Shown here in pieces: positions 24,701 through 37,549 of a stretch of 64,000 nucleotides of DNA. A program made the position numbers and the translations under genes. The notes below the pieces were generated by a model. The model saw only the letters and a list, made by a program, of their open reading frames with translations. It searched no databases and was not told the DNA's origin. Origin of the DNA: Aplysia californica. Lineage: Eukaryota. The stretch's first letter is position 1. Every line of letters begins with the position of its first letter. Location of the stretch: positions 1,220,010 through 1,284,009 of the forward strand of contig NW_004797425.1 of the NCBI RefSeq assembly GCF_000002075.1. Reading direction: 5' to 3'.

Positions 24701-27000
24701 AAAAAAGATTCCACAACAAGTTAAAATAAACTTACAAACCCATTATTCTATCTTACAAAATGAAACGATAACACAGCACATAACAACAGCGTAAAAAAAT
24801 ATGAAAAAAAATTCTTTAGCTCTAAAAAATATAGCAAAATGAAAATAGCAAAATGATGTTTCTCTCCACAACACACTATGTCGCACGTGTATGTTACACG
24901 TCATCACAACCTTATGTCTCATTATTAACACACTCCTACTCAAATCTGTAATAGAAACTGGCACACAATTATAAACTGATATCAGTGTATATATTTGTGT
25001 GTGTCTGTGTGTATGCTTGTGGGAGTGTATGCATGCATAATATAACTAAATACAAAGTATCATACTTTATACAAGTACAAAAATGGCACCTACAAACAAG
25101 CCGTAGGAGTCTCCTCAAAGGTTAATTAATTAAGCATGGCAAAATTCATCCGATGGCAAACAAAATTAACAGTTTTAACATACACTGTTCACAAGGCACC
25201 CAGTCCTCATCTGGATACCTTCCCACTGACTAGCAGTATCACAAAACAACACAAAGACTGAAGGCAGAGTGAACAGGCAGAGAGAGTTTGCTGGAACAAG
25301 CACAATGAAAAAATATTTTTTTTAAATTGTGCTAATCTAATTCCTATCATGTCTACAAGACATCAAATTTTGTGCCTGTTTGCATCGATCAGAAGTGCAG
25401 TGGCACAATCTGGAGCAAAAAAAAATTAAAAAATAGGCAGACTTGAAAGAAACCCAAAAGGAGTGATGACTTAATTAAGTTTTATTTTCCTATGGCTTCA
25501 AATTTCAAACTGATGATGCTCTTACTCTCCTGAAATCAGACGGATTTCAAGACTTGAAGAAAAGAAAAGTCTCCATTCAAAGAATTAAGCCATGTTCAAG
25601 ATGTTCCAATCCTGAGCAAACATTTGTAAAAACCATTTCAAATACTGGTCCCCCACAGGATGACATTACACTAAACCTCAGTCTGAGATTAAACATTTAA
25701 ATATTTCACATAAATGTACAGCATTGAAACACCAATGACTGCCAGAGGGGCCTATTTTCATGGCAAGTCTTGACCTATGGTTTAACTGACAATGCAAACA
25801 TGTGAGACCCACCTCTATTCACAAAATGTGTCATGGAAAATCTGCTATGAGTTGAATAATGTTTGTATCGCCTGTGGATGCGGGAAGGGCACTGTAAGAG
25901 CCAAGAACTGTAAAATCTAATATTATACATAATCGACACAGGTATGACCTTATCATATCACTTTAAACTGGAAAAGAAGAAAAAAAAAAGACAATTGATT
26001 TGAAAAAATTATTTTTCCCTTGACATGATACCAACCAAACACTAAACAAAAGGTGAAGAGGTGAAAAAACCCATTTTTTTCTTTACTTAAAGGCGGTTCC
26101 CAGGCCTTACACTCACAACAGCTTTCTCAAAACCGCGATCAACTGCAGAAATAACACTTAAAACTGGGGTTTCTTCAATGCACAAGCTCTAAATTCTTGC
26201 ATTTTCATTGCTTTGAGAAAAAATCCTAATGCGCTTGTCAAAGACCAATGTTATATTCAACTAAATTGTACTTAGATAAGGCAAATTTCACACTGCATTA
26301 ACATTTTTTTCCTTCTTTAAACCTGCATTCTTTATAGAGAATGCATAGGAGAAAATAACATTCATCCTGCATGAGGTTGAGCGATCCAAAACTAAAACAA
26401 AACTTCTACAACAGGTGTGGGATCTCGATTGAGTGATCATATGAAAGCCAGATGCAATTCTCACAGAGCCGGCAACTTACAAATGACCACTAAAAAGGAC
26501 AATCCTCCTAAATACATAATTTAATTCCATTTCTCTTTGAAGTTGACTGCATGTCTCAGTTCTACAATACATTCCAAGACTTTAATATGACATCTTTAAA
26601 CATTAGCATTGCACTAATTACAACAAGCTGAAGTTGAGAATTGGAAGAGTAAAAGCAGATCGTAGCTTTCCGAAAAGAAAATAAGAAAAGCCCATTCAGT
26701 TTATCAACTATGAGTAGCTTACAGTGTCCCGTCTGAAACTGATACACGACATTGAAACGAGAATTTGGTGTGATGTCTTCAAACGATCATTATTATCTCT
26801 CAAGGAGCAGAATGAGAGTATCATGCAGCAAAAATAGTAGTGTGACAAGTTGTTGAATTATAAGGCTGAGACAACTAAAATAAAATAAAACAGAAAACAG
26901 AAATACTTGTAAGAGGTTTGGGCTCAAAACTGTAACACCATTGAAAAAAGGGGCAAAAAATGAATAAACATTACACCTATATCCCACGGGAAACAGATCT

Positions 27001-27347
27001 GAGATAATCGGTGGCCTAGTGGTTAGGCTCTCGGACTCGCAACCGTAAGGTCGTGGGTTCGAATCCCGTCAGGGGCCCGACGTTGTGTCCTTGGGAAAGG
27101 CACTTTACACGAATTTTCCTCACTTCACCCAGGTGGGAATGGGTACCTGGCTATAGACAGTGAAAGATCTTGTCAGTTTGTTAGTGTTTGAGCGCTTAAT
27201 CAGCTGCTTGCACTGTATGCTTCCAGGGAAGCTGAGAATGTTCCCGAGTGTTGTATGGTCTGCTGGGGTAATAATATTATAGTGTAAAGCACATAGAGTC
27301 TGCTGTTGAGCGGGGATATGCGCAATACAAATGCTATTTATTTAATT
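27001..27347 (+). mobile_element. tRNA-derived SINE, second family (CORE-like centre, L2-like tail)
   Basis: A box TGGCCTAGTGG, B box GGTTCGAATCC, then TTGTGTCCTTGGGAAAGGCACTTT / CACCCAGGTG..AATGGGTACC, and tail TGTAAAGCAC...GCGCAATACAAATG. Confidence 0.82.
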
Positions 27348-29179
27348 GATACTGCGACGGTACCCATTTTCGCACAGACAAAATCAAAACAAATATTTGA
27401 ATTACGTTTGCAAACAGAGCATGCACTCTATCCTGGAAAAAAAAAAGACTGTTCTAGCAGAATACTACATTGTCTAGCTATCTGCAAATAAGAAACTTAA
27501 AATACCATGGTGCATCACTGTAAAGTTTGCTGAAAAAAGAGTAGAAATTAATTGACAAAAGAAAACAAAAAACCCTCACACCTCACCTCCCTCAGCTCTC
27601 AATGAGAGAAACGCCCTTTGCCACATACACTTTCACATCTTTAAATGAATACATTTTATGATGAAGTTGTGGTAACAATCACCTGAGCTCAAAAATGATT
27701 TGCACATTTGCTTAGGCTTGGAACTTGCACGAAGACAACAAAAATGATCTTCACTGGTGCCCAAACATGAATATATATCAGTCACGCAGCACTTAATAAT
27801 TTAAAATACTTATCCACTTGACTTGAAAGAGAAAACAGAAACACCACAAAGCGTACGTTTCTAGAGCAAATGGCAACATAGACCATAGCAACCTCCACAG
27901 ACCCCAGCATGAGTCTCATCAGAGGAAACCTTTCTTTGATAGCAGCAAATCCTGGGTCCCGCACACAAGCTCTTTCAGCACTGAAGTTATCACAACCAGG
28001 TTGCACACACACAGACACACAGAAGGAGGTAGGGGAAACTTGCTCTGCTGGCAGCTCACTCATACTCCAGAACAGAAAAGTGACACATAATTTGCCTGTG
28101 AAGACAGAAAGGTGGACAATAATGAAATTCTAATAAAAATGTTCCCAATGTTCTGATTATGTGCAGTTAAATTTGTCAATGAACTCTTGAGTTTATTCGG
28201 AAAGCATGACTTTGTTTTCTTTGCCATTATGATGTTTGTAATAATAAATACAGAACTAAATCAAAGTTGCTGTATTATGGACAGCTTAATTGGAATGATT
28301 ATATTTATTTACAGAAATTTAAAATCAAGGTCAAACTATTAGAAATTACTGCTGAGTTCTAGGTAGTTTCTTTCATAATGTGTGCAAATGCCTAAAACTA
28401 CTGGATTTTGAATTCTCTCACTAGGTCTAATTCAGCTGGTTTTGTTGGAACATTGACAATATCCCATGTTTTACCTACGGGTACCCTTAAAACTTTTTAG
28501 TACAGACATATTGCCAATCAAAGGGACAGCGTTATAAGAGCATATTTCATGACTTTGAGAAAAAGGTGCAAAACTCCAGATGCTTATTATTAAGACCATT
28601 CACCGACGTAGCTTTACCACTTTGAAAGCTATTTTTCTAAAGAAGATATGTTGTCTTACCTTTGACCAAGAAGGATGTGGGCAAGACTAAGGTAACAAAC
28701 CGAATAAAACTAGAAAAACAGATTCTGTGAAAATACAACCCTCTTCTTTGGGACAGCAGAGCACCCTGATCTGTAAATTTGAGGTCAGGTCCATTTGAAA
28801 TGGCCTACACTGTGAGGGTCTGAAACTACACTCGCATCAATCAACTGTTTCCAAAAGGGGAAAGTTTAAGGACTGGTGCAGGCTAACATGTAAATTGCAA
28901 AGTAAGAATTAAAAAATACGTCCCTTCCTCCACTCTTCTTGAACAGAAAAAGATGGGCTTTTCAGCATTTCCAGCCCCAGCAGGAAATTCATATTTGAAA
29001 GCATCTGGACTTCATATGCAAAAACATATTCTATTACTGTTATGATGAATGCCATGTACATAGGTGCAGGAGCTAGTGAGCATATCTTTACCGTCACCTA
29101 CCTACCATGATCGAGTTGACAGACATAATGAGCATGCAAATTTCTTTGAGTGTACCTACCCGAACGGGATGGGGAAGGG

Positions 29180-32100
29180 TCACTCCACTCCGTGGGCAAA
29201 GATCATGACGAGTCCCGGCTCTATGATCAACTCCTCTGGCATGTGCTGGTTCTCACAGGACATTACCACCACTGCTTGCTTGCCTGAGAAGAGAAAACAA
29301 AAATATTAGATATACACATATATGAACTGTGACCCATAAGTTCCCCTGTGGAGGTAATACAGTTAAAGGGGGTTATGGTGAACACTGGCATCTATACCCA
29401 ACCTAAAGAAAAGATCATACAACCCAAAGCAACCATGGCCAATATAATGCACATTCCACATAAGGGAAGACGCTGGTGAATTTGGGGGTGGGTTTGGGAC
29501 AGATTTGGGTAAAACTATCGAAAATTCAAAGTTGTGACTTTTTACTTCTTTGATTACCCTACTATCGATATTTCATATATTTGTATCCATGGAAAAGTGT
29601 TTTTATAATGTTCTGGAAGCCACATTTTCCCTCAGGGTGTATCAAAAATTGCACGAAGAGTGTCCTGTGTGCCACAATAATTGCGTGTACCCCCCCCTAA
29701 AACATAGGCTACTGGTAAATTCAATTTCCCTTTATTTGAACATAGACAAATTATACATTGCACTGAAGGGTTTCTTTGATACTAACAGAAACAAGTGACT
29801 ATTCGGAAGGGGAATCTCACTATGCAAATGCACTTTCTTTGTTTTGATTGGGTCGGGTGACTATGCCGTTGGCCTCGTTTTTTTCTGTGCTCATTCGCAT
29901 TAACCCTTAAGATTCTGGTCCTGGATAAAAGTTCGCCGATAAGCGCATTCCCGCTGGCGTTTCCCAGCTGGTCTGCCCTTCTAGAACTTTCGGAGTCGCG
30001 AAGCGTTGGTAGAGATAACGGAGCCCCGGTAGAGATGTTCATCCAATGAAATATGAGGATTTTCGACCTAGTAAGAAACTTGAGGAACTCGAAAGGATAT
30101 TCAGGAAATAAGACTTTCACCCTTCAAAGCAAACACCTTTTCACACTTTTCAAACGAGCTCATTTTTGCACAAAACGTTGTTTCCAGGTGCAAAATAATC
30201 CTATTTTTGGTTTTTAAAACCATTGCCCTACCACAGGGAGATATTTGAGAGCAACAGAATGAAAAAAATATTAGGAAACTATCCCATTTCTTCCCCTTTC
30301 GAACGATAGCTGATTAGCGGCTGTTCGCAAGTTCAGAACAGGTGTGAAATCTGGAAAACTGGAAAAGTTATTCGATTTGGAGCAACTTTTAATCTCAGCG
30401 TCTGATCAAACGACAAGGGGATTATTCATGCGGTCGTAACACTTATTCATAGATCACATTAATTAGCTATAAAAGAAGAGGCGTGTTTTTCATAGCTCTC
30501 TTTCACTATTGACTCCTGCGGCATGCTCGTCTGACCCCTGTCTGACCCTGGCAACCTGCAGCATAAGAATACTCTTCCAGTAATGAAGTTGTTGTTCGGC
30601 CTGGCTCTGGTGTCACGGTGCTTGCACAGTGAAAATCGGAAAGAGCTCTTCTGTGTCACCCTGCGTATTCAGTAAAGTTCGCTACTTTCGTTTTCCACTC
30701 TTGGAGTAGAATACACTTTCGTTTTCCACTCTTGGAGTAGAATACTTGTGAAAGCTTTGTTTGACTTTAAATTTTCCTTAAAAAATCATGATTTTGACAG
30801 GGTGACCAGACTAAAAGTAGTTGTTCTAAAAAAGTATTCAAGCTAGAGCCTTCAAATTTTCAGTGGGTTAAGATAAGATGTTATTGTAGGGAATCGGCTA
30901 TTCACTTTTCTCAAATTATATAAGCCATAAGCTAATGTAGAATTTTGACCTCAAGGTGTCATGAGGGTGTAAAAATATATTAACACCTGTACACATGTAC
31001 TTTGAAAATCTGAAGAAAAAAAAGTCATACTCCAAATTTAATCATTTCAATGGGCTAGTTACCTAGATCTATGCCTAAATTAGTGTTTAAAACAGTTTTT
31101 AGCATAATTGGTTGAACAATATTTCATAAGAAATATTTACACATTGTTTACTTGTAATTCAAGATGGCTGCCGTTTCCATATCAACGGTGATGTCCTCGA
31201 CCCCCAAATTCCCTGCATTTCTTTTTCAGGTCGTTCTTAGTGATACTGGGAAGTTTCATACCAAATGGCTAGAAATGAGCAAGATTAAAATTTGACCTGC
31301 CTCTCCCCTTAAGCAGCTCAATTCCATTGAGAAATAAACAAGAATATATACCTTTCTTAATTGGAACAAGAAATATGAAAGTCCATATTTTCATGTTCAT
31401 CCTTCACTTTTCTCAGCAACCCCCAATTTTTTTCCTCTGATGTTTAAGTTTTCTATATGTTTTACCATAATCTTTATACCATTCAGTTCAACATTAACAT
31501 ACTTCAGAAAGTCCTATACCATAGCATTTTCATATTGCACAACATCTAAGTACTAGAAGCCATAAAGGAACTCAACATTTGGAGAACCTGTTCTGATAGG
31601 ATAAATCTACAGTATAGGTTTTAATTTATTTTAATAGAATAAATTACTTTGCTCCTCACTGACAGGAAATGTTTATGAGTTACATACAGAAAACCTGATT
31701 TTAATTTAGATAACTCCTTTGGGCATGTTAGTCCTCCCTGAATGTAACCTCTATGAAGAAAGTCCATTATACAACGCTTATTTCTTATTTTTCGTCTCTC
31801 CAAAACAAGTGAAGAGTACATCTCCACCTACGCCACGAGCCAGAACATCTTCATTCCTTTCCATACCATCCTGATTTTCTATCTTTTTAAGCCTTTCAAA
31901 ATTAGGAGCTAAAAAATAAATTCCAGGTTAGTCTTCGGGCCGCCAACTGTTTTTCTCATCAGCACATACCTGGGATCCTCTTGGTCACATAGTTCTGGTA
32001 CTGCCTGCGGTTGAGCTGGCGGGTTTCCAGAGTGCTGAGGCCACTAGGCCAGCGTCGCTCGTGGGCGTTCTCCATCAGCTCGTTGACCACATGGGACGGG

Positions 32101-35100
32101 CTCCCACTCTCAATGAGCGCCCGCTTGATCACCGCCTGCAGGACAGCGTCTGGTGTGGAGATCATACCGCCCCACCTCGTCACCCGTGCAGGTTGCAGAC
32201 TGCCCACCCACCTGGCAAAGGCAAAGAAAACAGCATTTCAAACTAGTTTTCTTTATTAGAATAAAAAAGAAGACCATCAAAACAATAAGGTGCGTTTCAT
32301 GCTGGGATAAAAACCAAGACAGACAGAAATAACAGGGGGGGGGGGGGGGTGTAAGCGCAAGAAATAGGACCCCCAAGTGGTGAAATTCAACAACCCACAA
32401 TTTCTAACCAGGGGGAAATGCTATGGCAAAACATTTGTCATTCAACGCTGGGGAAAACCTAGATGATGGACACAAACATCACAGGAATAGTAAAATGCCA
32501 GGAAATTCTAGTGCCTCCGTCTATCTACCCGCAAAGAGAAAAGGTTATCAAATTAAGACATAGCCTAAACTTTTCTAACCGTGATTCATTCAGCTTAACC
32601 CTGAAAACTGTTACTGTTAAAAAAAGTATGAAGGAAAAGAACCCCAACAAAGATTAGTTCACATTAAAATCTATTTCATTACAATATTTATCGTGTTTGA
32701 CAGACAGCAATTCTGCACTCATCTACCATTAAAAGCATAAATAAAAATTAATATCAGCAAAAAAACCAATCAATTAAGGTTTACTGCCAGTTTTTAAAAT
32801 GACCAAAATATCCTCCAGTGACAACATCTACTGAGTTAACACCGAAAAGCACTAAAAGTACACATTCTCTAATCTGCGTTTCTCACATAATACAGAGGAG
32901 TTCTCTAAAACTAGAACATCATTCATTTGAAAACAGTGGTAAACCAAAAGAAAACAGAATCACTGATTTTTTTTTTCCATTTCTAAATGAGCCATCTCTA
33001 TAAACTGAATACACAGCGAGACCTAAGAAAATACAGAGCTCCCACAGATTTCAGTTTAAGCAGATTCCTGTGCACTGTAATTGTTTCCCACCATATCATG
33101 CTTCAAAAGTAGATCTGCTTTTGCTTTGTGTCAGCTATAACCTAGCATCTGCGTTTGCTGCGACTGCGATTTTTGCACTTTTTCAACCCAAAAAAACCCA
33201 CAGACGCGAAGAAAAAATAATTTAAAAACAACAACAACAAAAATGGGGAATAACATTCGTGAAAAAAAAAGAGAAACATAACCTCTTTACTTTTAGAAAG
33301 AAAGTTTATTTTCACTTTCGCTTCACTTCGTCTCATTCTCACTTGTTAACACCACGTTGATTTGTAATTTTCATGTGAAGAATATAAGTAGGCTACATAC
33401 TATTTATATTGCTGTTTCTCCTTCATGTTTCCCTCTTTGTTGTGTTTTTAATTTGATGGCGTGTTAATATTTTTCTTCTCGTTATTGTTCTGATGTGTTG
33501 TTTTTCTATATTTGTGTATACATAGCGTTATGTTCTTTCTACCTTTAAAAAAAAAAAAGTGTTATGTTGGAGCGTGTCTCCACCAAAACCGAATACTGAC
33601 ACTGGCAGGCCCCCTGTGTGTGATTCCATAATTTACATATTATATCCTGTACTATTTCTTGAAATCCACGCATTTAGAGTTAAAACGGCCAGTCTATGGA
33701 TAGGTTGACACACATCCTTATTTACTCATTTTTGTGGGGTTTTATTTGCTATTCTAATTTTGATTTCATTCTGTTGTGAAACCTCTATTTTTCACTTCCT
33801 TACACTCTGTATGGCTACAAATGATATTCTGGATGCTTAAAACAGAGCACAAGAAATTCTAGTGTTTTAGATTAAGTTACCTCTATCAACATATCGCTAT
33901 ATTATGTCGTCACGGAGAGCAGAAAGCTTGAAAATTAATGGGAACTTTTGCCATTTTTGTGGCAACTTTTGGACAAAAAAAATGGCAACAAACGCAGATG
34001 CTAGTATAACTACAGGAAATTGAACACAGTTTACATGCTTTTGTTGTTTTAAGTTTTTAACTTCCACCTCATTATGAGAACAGGGGAAACTATCGAAGAA
34101 CAGAACAATATTATTGCTGCAGCTCGAGTACTCACCTGATGACATCTTCATTCTCGATGGTGCTTTGTATCTCATTGGTTCTCGGGCTGGACACTCTCAT
34201 GGACCGCAACAGCTCCTGCACATCACAAAGATTGCTTGACATAAATTCAACTGGAAAATTTATTAAGTAAGTTTTCAACATGACAAACAACCTTGTGGAT
34301 AATCTATAGAGTTGTACAGTCAGATCCCTGATTTAAAAAAGCAACTACAAATTACCAATTTCTATTTTTTGGTCTCCTGTCACAGAGTAACCTTTCTGCA
34401 TCATTTCTTACCTTCAGCATCTGAATTTCTCTCTTCTGCTCAGTCAACTGCATCTTTTGTTCCATATTCTCTGTTTGAAGATCTGTAAACTTTTGCTGCA
34501 TTTGCTGCAGCATGGAACGAATCTCCCTAACACAGTTGTGATCCTGACCAGAACAAAAAGTGACAAATGTTCAGAAATTATTATACAGCAAGCATGAACA
34601 TTTGTAGCTAATCTGGGTAAAAATTCCAGATAAATGGAAAGTGCCAAATAATGGGAAATTACAATTAGGTACTGGTAATCAGTACATAATTAGCTTAGTA
34701 GAATGGAAAAAGAACTAAATATCAGACATTTGGTCATCATTACCATAAAAGGTATCGCAGACAATTCATGAATTTTCAATCACCACAAACACAACGGGCA
34801 TCTTACGCCTTTCTCAGAATGCAAGTGACTGTAGTTTCTTAATACTAGGGATTATGAAAACATAATTTTCACCAAATACAATCAAATCCAGTGAATTAAA
34901 TAAACATTAATGTGATGCTGGTTCTACCAAAGATTTCACATGTTCTAGATAAAACACTTCAGACACAAAAGCTAGAACAAAACTATTAAATTGATGTGAT
35001 CAATGTAACTACCATGAGGCTCATTCATTCATTCTACGTATAATCATATACACATACATAGAAATCAGAATAATTTCTTTAAAAAACAGTCAATACTACA

Positions 35101-36823
35101 CAAATATTTACACACCTTAATTTCATCTTTTGGTATGATGGACCCACAGCCATTTTCACAGGGTACAGGTTTTTTTGGATTGAACTCACATTCTTGAAGG
35201 TGGGAAGGGAGAGCGTCCAACTTCACTAATGCTGGACATCCAAAAGTCTGTGAAAGCATTAATGAGAATGTAAATAGTTTGAAAAAGCATATCAAAGAGG
35301 TCTATCAGATAACACGTTGTGCCTGTTTTTGTTTCTTCTTTAAAATTAGAGGGATGTTCCAATTCCCCCCCCCCCCCTTTAAGCATGGTAATCTATCGAT
35401 ACATTTTTCTACCTGATTTGATTTTTACAAAAGAGACTTTTTAAATATACTGACTGCAGTGTCCACTTTTCAGTAACATGGAATGGACATTAGAGAGGCT
35501 GGGAGTAAAATGCTTTCACTGGAAGACGTTTGTTTAGTTTTATATGTCTTAGTGCAATGCTCCATTATCTTCATGACCGAATATTTTGAAAAGTGCGCAA
35601 AAGGAGAATTATCCCCTGGCCAATTTCAAATCAACATCCATCATCATTTTAGCCCTTGTCAAAAGACAAGCTGTTGCTCAGACTCATTAGTCTTGAGTTC
35701 AGATTATAAAGGGGTACCACACGCAGTGTACCTTAGAAAAGGACATTAATGGGTGACATCAGAGCAGTGCCACAAATGTAAGTGTATGTTGCAAAGAATT
35801 AGCGAAAAAGTCATCTTGATAATGGTGACATTTCATTGTCAGGCAGGTAAAGGCCAGCTCAGGTGATATACCTGGATTTCAAAAACTTACCTTTTACGTT
35901 CAATGAAATATGATAGCTGTCATAATTGTAAATAAAAAGTACCCCCCCCCCCCCAAAAAAAAAAACAAAAAAAAAAGAAAAAAGAAGAAAGAGAACAATT
36001 CTACGTCTATTAATTCCAGAAATTTGGAGAGAAAAAAAATCTCTCTACCTCTATGTCTCGCACAAGCTCAAGAGTTTACTGTATCTCTTTGTACACAAAG
36101 AGAAAGGCCAGACCAGAATCCCACAATACACAAGTTCAAGCTTACTTTGTTATCACAGGAGATGGTCAGTCTAGACAAAAGATTCCTCAGAATACGAGGC
36201 ACATTTTTCAGTTGATTGGGTGTGATGGGGCTGCGGTCAGCTGGGCAGGTGGGCTGGCGTGTCAACCATTCATGAATGCAGGCTGAGCAAAAGGCATGCT
36301 CACACTGAGGTGCCTGTGAAATCATTTAGAATCTTTTATAATTTCCATCGTACAAGAAACAGGTGTAAAAATCAATTCCACATGATATGCACTTTAGACT
36401 GAGACTCCCAGCAACCATTTTTTTAACATACAAAAATATGTATGACTTTGAGCTCAATAATAACCTAAAAGAGAAAAAGAAAAGAATGACACCCAATAAA
36501 AACCTCAGGAAAGATTCTATTTCAAACATAATCTTACTTCAAGAACACTTTCTTCACTCTTGTCAACATTATATATCAAAAGTAACCAAGGAACATTTTT
36601 TTAAAAATCCACTGACAACCCCCCCCCCCTAAAAAATAAAAAAAAATATAAAAAAATCACTTTCTTATTTTTCCCTCTTGTCTCAATAAAATAGATGATA
36701 GATGTAAGAAAAAATGTAAGTTCCTCTTTTTACCTGCAGTGGTTCCTCCAGGACTCCACTACATATGGGACAAATGAGTTCCTCATCCACATCCCCTTCG
36801 AAGCGGGTCAGATCGTACCCCAT
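29180..36823 (-). CDS. RNF41: E3 ubiquitin-protein ligase NRDP1 (RING, TRAF-type zinc finger, coiled coil, USP8-interacting domain), 315 aa; complement join(36734..36823,36146..36313,35116..35247,34412..34543,34136..34215,31970..32211,29180..29283)
   Basis: Spliced translation MGYDLTRFEGDVDEELICPICSGVLEEPLQ|APQCEHAFCSACIHEW...|TFGCPALVKLD...|DHNCVREIRS...|ELLRSMRV...|WVGSLQPARVTRWGGMISTPDAVLQAVIKRAL...KRIPG|KQAVVVMSCENQHM...IFAHGVE*. This closely matches human NRDP1 as I recall it. All six introns are GT-AG and phase-consistent (948 nt total). Confidence 0.97.
30684..30745. repeat. Perfect 31-bp tandem duplication
   Basis: ACTTTCGTTTTCCACTCTTGGAGTAGAATAC x2. Confidence 0.9.
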
Positions 36824-37549
36824 CACAGCAGCTACATTAAAAAAAAATAATTTTTTTTAAAAAATAATTGTACAATAACATTTCATTTCACCTAAATGTC
36901 ATACAAATTTCCTTTACCAATTCACTGGAGTTGGATGTAAGCCCATCTACTCATCTCATCTAAAGACATAAAACAGATAATTTAACATATCTGAAAAAGA
37001 AAATTATGATAAAAGATTCCGAAACTAACCCTCCAAAATACAATTTCAACAGTAAAGTCTGGTAACAAATATGACAAAATATCCTCTGTTTTAAAAAGAA
37101 CCTACTGTAGTCACAATAAGAGTACTTGAGACTGTTCATCGCAGCATCCTTGTAGGGGTTGGGAAGAGGACCCAAGTAGACAACAATAATTTCGCATTTG
37201 TGTGTGTATATTTATATGTGTCACGATGTGGTGGAATCAGGCGCTCGTCAATTTTTGGGCATCTGGAGTTGTTCGTATCATCTTAAAGCTTATTCGTTTG
37301 ACCATCTCTTGATGAAGATAATACACGTCTATCTTGAATAGAAGTCAAGATATTTGCGATTGAAGGAGGTCCGGGTCACCGGGTTTCAGAGAGGTAAAAT
37401 TCCCACAAAAATGGCTGACAAAGTTGGTGATTTCCAAAGCTTGAGTCTCTGGAAACTGAAAATTTACATTTTTGTGCCTTTAATCAACGTTTTTCAGTAA
37501 AATTCACCTGGAAATGTGTTTTTATAAATGGATATAAATGGGGTTGAGC

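Noticed and set aside
27008-27078. tRNA-like sequence (also at 682, 14360 and 53880)
   Set aside because: No proper acceptor stem or terminator, and each continues into a SINE body and tail.
27890-27925. CTGATGA hammerhead-like cores (also at 25511, 31956 and 58467)
   Set aside because: No correctly placed GAAA or flanking stems I/III.
29156-29182. RNF41 TGA as a selenocysteine or read-through codon
   Set aside because: It lies at the expected C terminus, a TAG follows 8 codons later, and no SECIS was recognised.
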